Positions 60,873 to 64,000 of a DNA stretch of 64,000 nucleotides are shown piece by piece. The stretch's first letter is position 1. Every line of letters begins with the position of its first letter. The notes below the pieces were generated by a model. That model made no database searches and was not told the origin of the DNA. It saw nothing but the letters and a program-made list of their open reading frames with translations. The translations under genes were made by a program, and so were the position numbers. This stretch comes from an uncultured Phycisphaerales bacterium (GTDB taxonomy: Bacteria; Planctomycetota; Phycisphaerae; Tepidisphaerales; Tepidisphaeraceae), in the NCBI GenBank assembly GCA_963755915.1, contig CAVWLP010000002.1:3776001-3840000 (forward strand), given 5' to 3'.

Positions 60873-61811
60873 ATGGCGGAGACCAACAGCGCTGATGCGC
60901 CGCCGCTGTTCAAACTCGACGGCGTAACCAAGACCTACGGCGCGGTCACCGCGCTCGACGGCCTTTCCATCTCCGTTCCCAGCGGAGCCGTGGGGCTTCT
61001 AGGGCCCAACGGGTCGGGCAAAACGACGATGATCCGCGTTTTGCTCGGGCTGATTGCCATCGATTCTGGTTCCGGAAACATTCTGGGGATGGATTTTCGC
61101 GATCGGCAACTCGACATCCGCCGCGAGGTGGGATTCGCGCCGGAAGATGAGTGCCTTTTCCCCCAGGTCGACGGGATCGGCTTCGTGACCTATGCGGGGG
61201 AGTTGGTCGGCATGCGCTCCAAGGACGCCATGCAGCGGGCGCATGAAGTGCTCGATTATGTGGGGCTCGGCGAGGCGCGGTATCGCAAGGTCGATTCCTA
61301 TTCCTCGGGGATGAAACAGCGCCTCAAGCTGGCCTCGGCGATCGTACACGATCCCAAGCTGCTGATTCTCGATGAACCAACCAATGGAATGGACCCGGCG
61401 GGACGCGAAGAAGTTCTCCAGCTTGCCCGAGATCTCTCTTCCAACAAGGGGATGAGCCTTTTATTTTCCAGCCATCTGCTTCCCGATGTCGAGGCGGTTT
61501 GCGATTTTATCGTGGTCCTCGGGCCCGGGAAACTGCTGACCCAGGGGCCGATCCAGAAGCTCAAGGAGATCCACGACCGCTGCTTCGAAGTGCGCCTGAA
61601 GGCAGACGAGCAAGTCTTTGCCCGGCGGCTGGCCGCGCTGGGGTGTACGGCCGAGATGCGCGATGATCTCCTCTTCGTGCAGATACCGCAGGGGCAATCT
61701 ACGCGGATGCTCTGGCAGACCGCGGCCGAGAATAATCTTCAGATCCGATATCTCCGTCCGCAGCGCAGCACGCTGGAAGAAGTCTTCCTCAAAGCAGTGG
61801 AGAAGACCTGA
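60873..61811 (+). CDS. ABC ATP-binding protein
   Basis: GPNGSGKTT, YSSGMKQR, LDEPT, SSHLL. Confidence 0.92.
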   Translation: MAETNSADAPPLFKLDGVTKTYGAVTALDGLSISVPSGAVGLLGPNGSGKTTMIRVLLGLIAIDSGSGNILGMDFRDRQLDIRREVGFAPEDECLFPQVDGIGFVTYAGELVGMRSKDAMQRAHEVLDYVGLGEARYRKVDSYSSGMKQRLKLASAIVHDPKLLILDEPTNGMDPAGREEVLQLARDLSSNKGMSLLFSSHLLPDVEAVCDFIVVLGPGKLLTQGPIQKLKEIHDRCFEVRLKADEQVFARRLAALGCTAEMRDDLLFVQIPQGQSTRMLWQTAAENNLQIRYLRPQRSTLEEVFLKAVEKT

Positions 61812-62950
61812 TGCCGATTTTCGATCAGGGGTATCAACACTGGTCCGGCAAGCTTTCGGGACACGGCTGGCGCTGGCTGGCCATCACCCGCCACGGCGTT
61901 CGCGTCGGGATGAAAAATCGCTTCGTGCGATATTTGCTCTACTCATCCTGGGTTCCGGCCCTGGCGCTGGTGACCATGCTGAGCCTGTGGGGATTGCTGG
62001 AGCGGCGCTCGAATCTCATCACCACCTTCGTCCAGTTCATGGAATTTCTTCAGCCGGGCATGGTCGCTGATCCGCAGCATTTCCGCATCGACGTCTGGCG
62101 GCTGTCGTATGGATATTTTCTCAAGACCGAGCTTTGGTTTTCGATGATCATGATCCTTCTGATCGGACCGAGCCTCATCAGCCAGGATTTGCGCTTCAAT
62201 GCACTGCCCCTCTATTTCTCCCGCCCGCTGCGGCGAGTGGATTATTTCGTCGGCAAACTCGGCGTGATCGTTGCCTTCGTTGGATTGGTCATGATCGTCC
62301 CCTCGGTCGTGGCCTATATCTTCGGCCTCCTTTTCAGCCTCGATATCACCATCATCCGCGACACCTTTGGAATCCTTCTCTCCAGCATTTTGTATGGCCT
62401 GATCATCACCCTCTCGGCCGGTCTGCTGATCCTCGCCCTCTCGGCCCTGTCGCGCAGCTCGCGATACGTAGCGCTCTTCTGGCTGGGGATCTGGTTTGTC
62501 AGCGGGATCACCGCGTCGATTTTGCAGGACGTCAACAGCCAGCAGCGCCGCTTCGCATATTACCGCCAGATCAGCGTCACCCGCCCATCCGATTCCGCCG
62601 CACTCTCCCGCGACGATCGCACGCGCCAGATGCGCGCCTGGCGCCAGGCGCGGCAACGCGCACAGGTCGAATATCGCATCGGAGAACTGGAATATTCGAA
62701 AACGGACTGGCGGCCGCTGGTCTCCTACACCTCCGACCTGACTCGAATCGGCCAGTGCTTCTAAGAACCAATGAAACCTGGCAAAGAATCAGCCTGCTTC
62801 AGGCCGACCCACTGGCGCGATCAACTGCTGGCGGCCTACATGGGGCCGCAGTTTCCCTGGTACTGGTCGGCGGGTGTTTTGTTCGGTTTATCACTGATTT
62901 CACTGTGGATTCTAACCCTCTCCATCAAGTCGCTGGATCGTCTGAAATGA
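61811..62950 (+). CDS. ABC-2 permease (frameshifts near 62758 and 62815)
   Basis: MPIFDQGY, ISQDLRFNALPLYFSRPL..DY..GK; tail QFPWYWS..SLDRLK stop 62950. Confidence 0.82.
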
Positions 62951-63873
62951 AGCCCGTCGTTGCCTTCCACGAGGTTTCCAAGTGGTACGGCAACGTCATC
63001 GGCCTCAATAAGCTGACGATCCAAATTCCTCCCGGCGTCACTGGCCTTCTGGGGCCCAATGGCGCGGGGAAATCGACCCTCCTGCAACTGGCAACCGGTC
63101 AGCTTCGGCCCAGCCAGGGCACGGTCCTCGTCCTGGGCGAGCCAATCTGGAACAACCCCTCCCTCAACGCGCGCATCGGCCTGTGCCCGGAGCAGGACGC
63201 GTTTTACGAATGGATGAGCGGATGGGATTTCGTGCTGACATGCGCCCGGCTTGGCGGAATGCCGCGAAAACTCGCCCGCGACGCGACCGCTCGGATTCTG
63301 GACGCCGTCGGAATGACCCGGCACAAGGACCGCGCGATTCGTGGATATTCCAAAGGCATGCGGCAGCGAACCAAGATGGCCCAGGCCCTCGTTCATAATC
63401 CCGATGTCCTCTTTCTCGACGAGCCGATGACCGGCACCGATCCCCTCGCCCGGCGCGATCTCATGGACATCGTCCAGCGGCTCGGCGCCGAAGGGGAAAC
63501 CATCGTCGTTTCCAGCCACGTCCTGCATGAAGTGCAGTCGGTTACACCGAACATCGTGCTCCTCAATCACGGCCGCTTGCTCGCCGAGGGCCACGTGCGG
63601 CAGATTCGCGATCTCATCGACAATCATCCGCATCGGATCGTATTGATGTGCGAAAACTGCCGGAAGCTCGCTCAGCGGCTGGTGGCATGGGAGGATGTGG
63701 ATGGGATTCAGATTTTGGCCGGCCAAAAGGGCATCCTCGTGGAAACACGAATGCCCGACCAGTTTTACGCTCGCCTCCCCCAGCTTTCGCTCGAAGACGG
63801 AACCGCGATCGGCGAGGTCTATTCCGAGGACGACAACCTCGAAGCGGTCTTCAAATATCTGGTGACGAAATGA
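62947..63873 (+). CDS. ABC ATP-binding protein
   Basis: MKPVVAFHEVSKWYG, GPNGAGKST, YSKGMRQR, LDEP, SSHVLHEV. Confidence 0.92.
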   Translation: MKPVVAFHEVSKWYGNVIGLNKLTIQIPPGVTGLLGPNGAGKSTLLQLATGQLRPSQGTVLVLGEPIWNNPSLNARIGLCPEQDAFYEWMSGWDFVLTCARLGGMPRKLARDATARILDAVGMTRHKDRAIRGYSKGMRQRTKMAQALVHNPDVLFLDEPMTGTDPLARRDLMDIVQRLGAEGETIVVSSHVLHEVQSVTPNIVLLNHGRLLAEGHVRQIRDLIDNHPHRIVLMCENCRKLAQRLVAWEDVDGIQILAGQKGILVETRMPDQFYARLPQLSLEDGTAIGEVYSEDDNLEAVFKYLVTK

Positions 63874-64000
63874 GCGCGGCTTCGCCCACAGCTTTGATTC
63901 CGGAGGCCCCGCCCTCAGATGGCAGGCACGGGTTCTCGCTCGGTTCTCTCTGGACCCTATACACGCTTACCCTTCGCCAGCATCGTCACGGGAAGCGATG
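63870..64000 (+). CDS. 5' part of a probable ABC permease (runs off the window)
   Basis: ATGA overlap; LWTLYTLTLRQ..GKRW start typical of these permeases. Confidence 0.6.
   Translation, partial: MSAASPTALIPEAPPSDGRHGFSLGSLWTLYTLTLRQHRHGKR

Noticed and set aside
1-64000. tRNA, rRNA, tmRNA or known riboswitches
   Set aside because: No cloverleaf or recognisable consensus found by eye; an Infernal/tRNAscan run would be needed to exclude them formally

Overview
GC-rich bacterial chromosomal segment, most likely from a Planctomycetota (Phycisphaerae/Tepidisphaerales-like) genome. This is an inference from the LEPR-XLL-type N-terminus, a PEP-CTERM protein, a CPxCxY zinc-ribbon membrane protein and the REP-like repeats. 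Housekeeping content: panC, hisF, a Ppx/GppA + tandem thymidylate-kinase-like + Nudix + CYTH cluster, pdhABC, rpsU, birA, pyc, xerC, scpB, queF, three ABC-2-type systems, and a maf / spiro-SPASM-like / neuA-neuB-neuC nonulosonic-acid (probable flagellin glycosylation) operon. The first accessory hot spot (4.6-10.0 kb) holds a complete group II intron inserted inside a REP-like palindrome, a 51-bp-arm MITE-like element, small membrane-protein genes bounded by a 31-bp repeat, and an IS4 with TIRs and a 9-bp TSD. The second (42.2-46.1 kb) holds another copy of the 31-bp repeat, an IS4 splitting an SCO gene, and an SCO-cytochrome c-YHS fusion. About 20 genes, including core ones, carry frameshifts; I read these as uncorrected long-read indels. 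Family names come from my recognition of motifs, not from database searches. Best leads: (1) a REP-targeting group II intron; (2) a repeat-bounded cassette-like gene array; (3) a Cys-less radical-SAM/SPASM protein inside a Maf/Neu operon; (4) a shared sigma28-like promoter linking that operon to a split-TolB/lipoprotein/xerC operon; (5) a G/C skew inversion near 37-40 kb.
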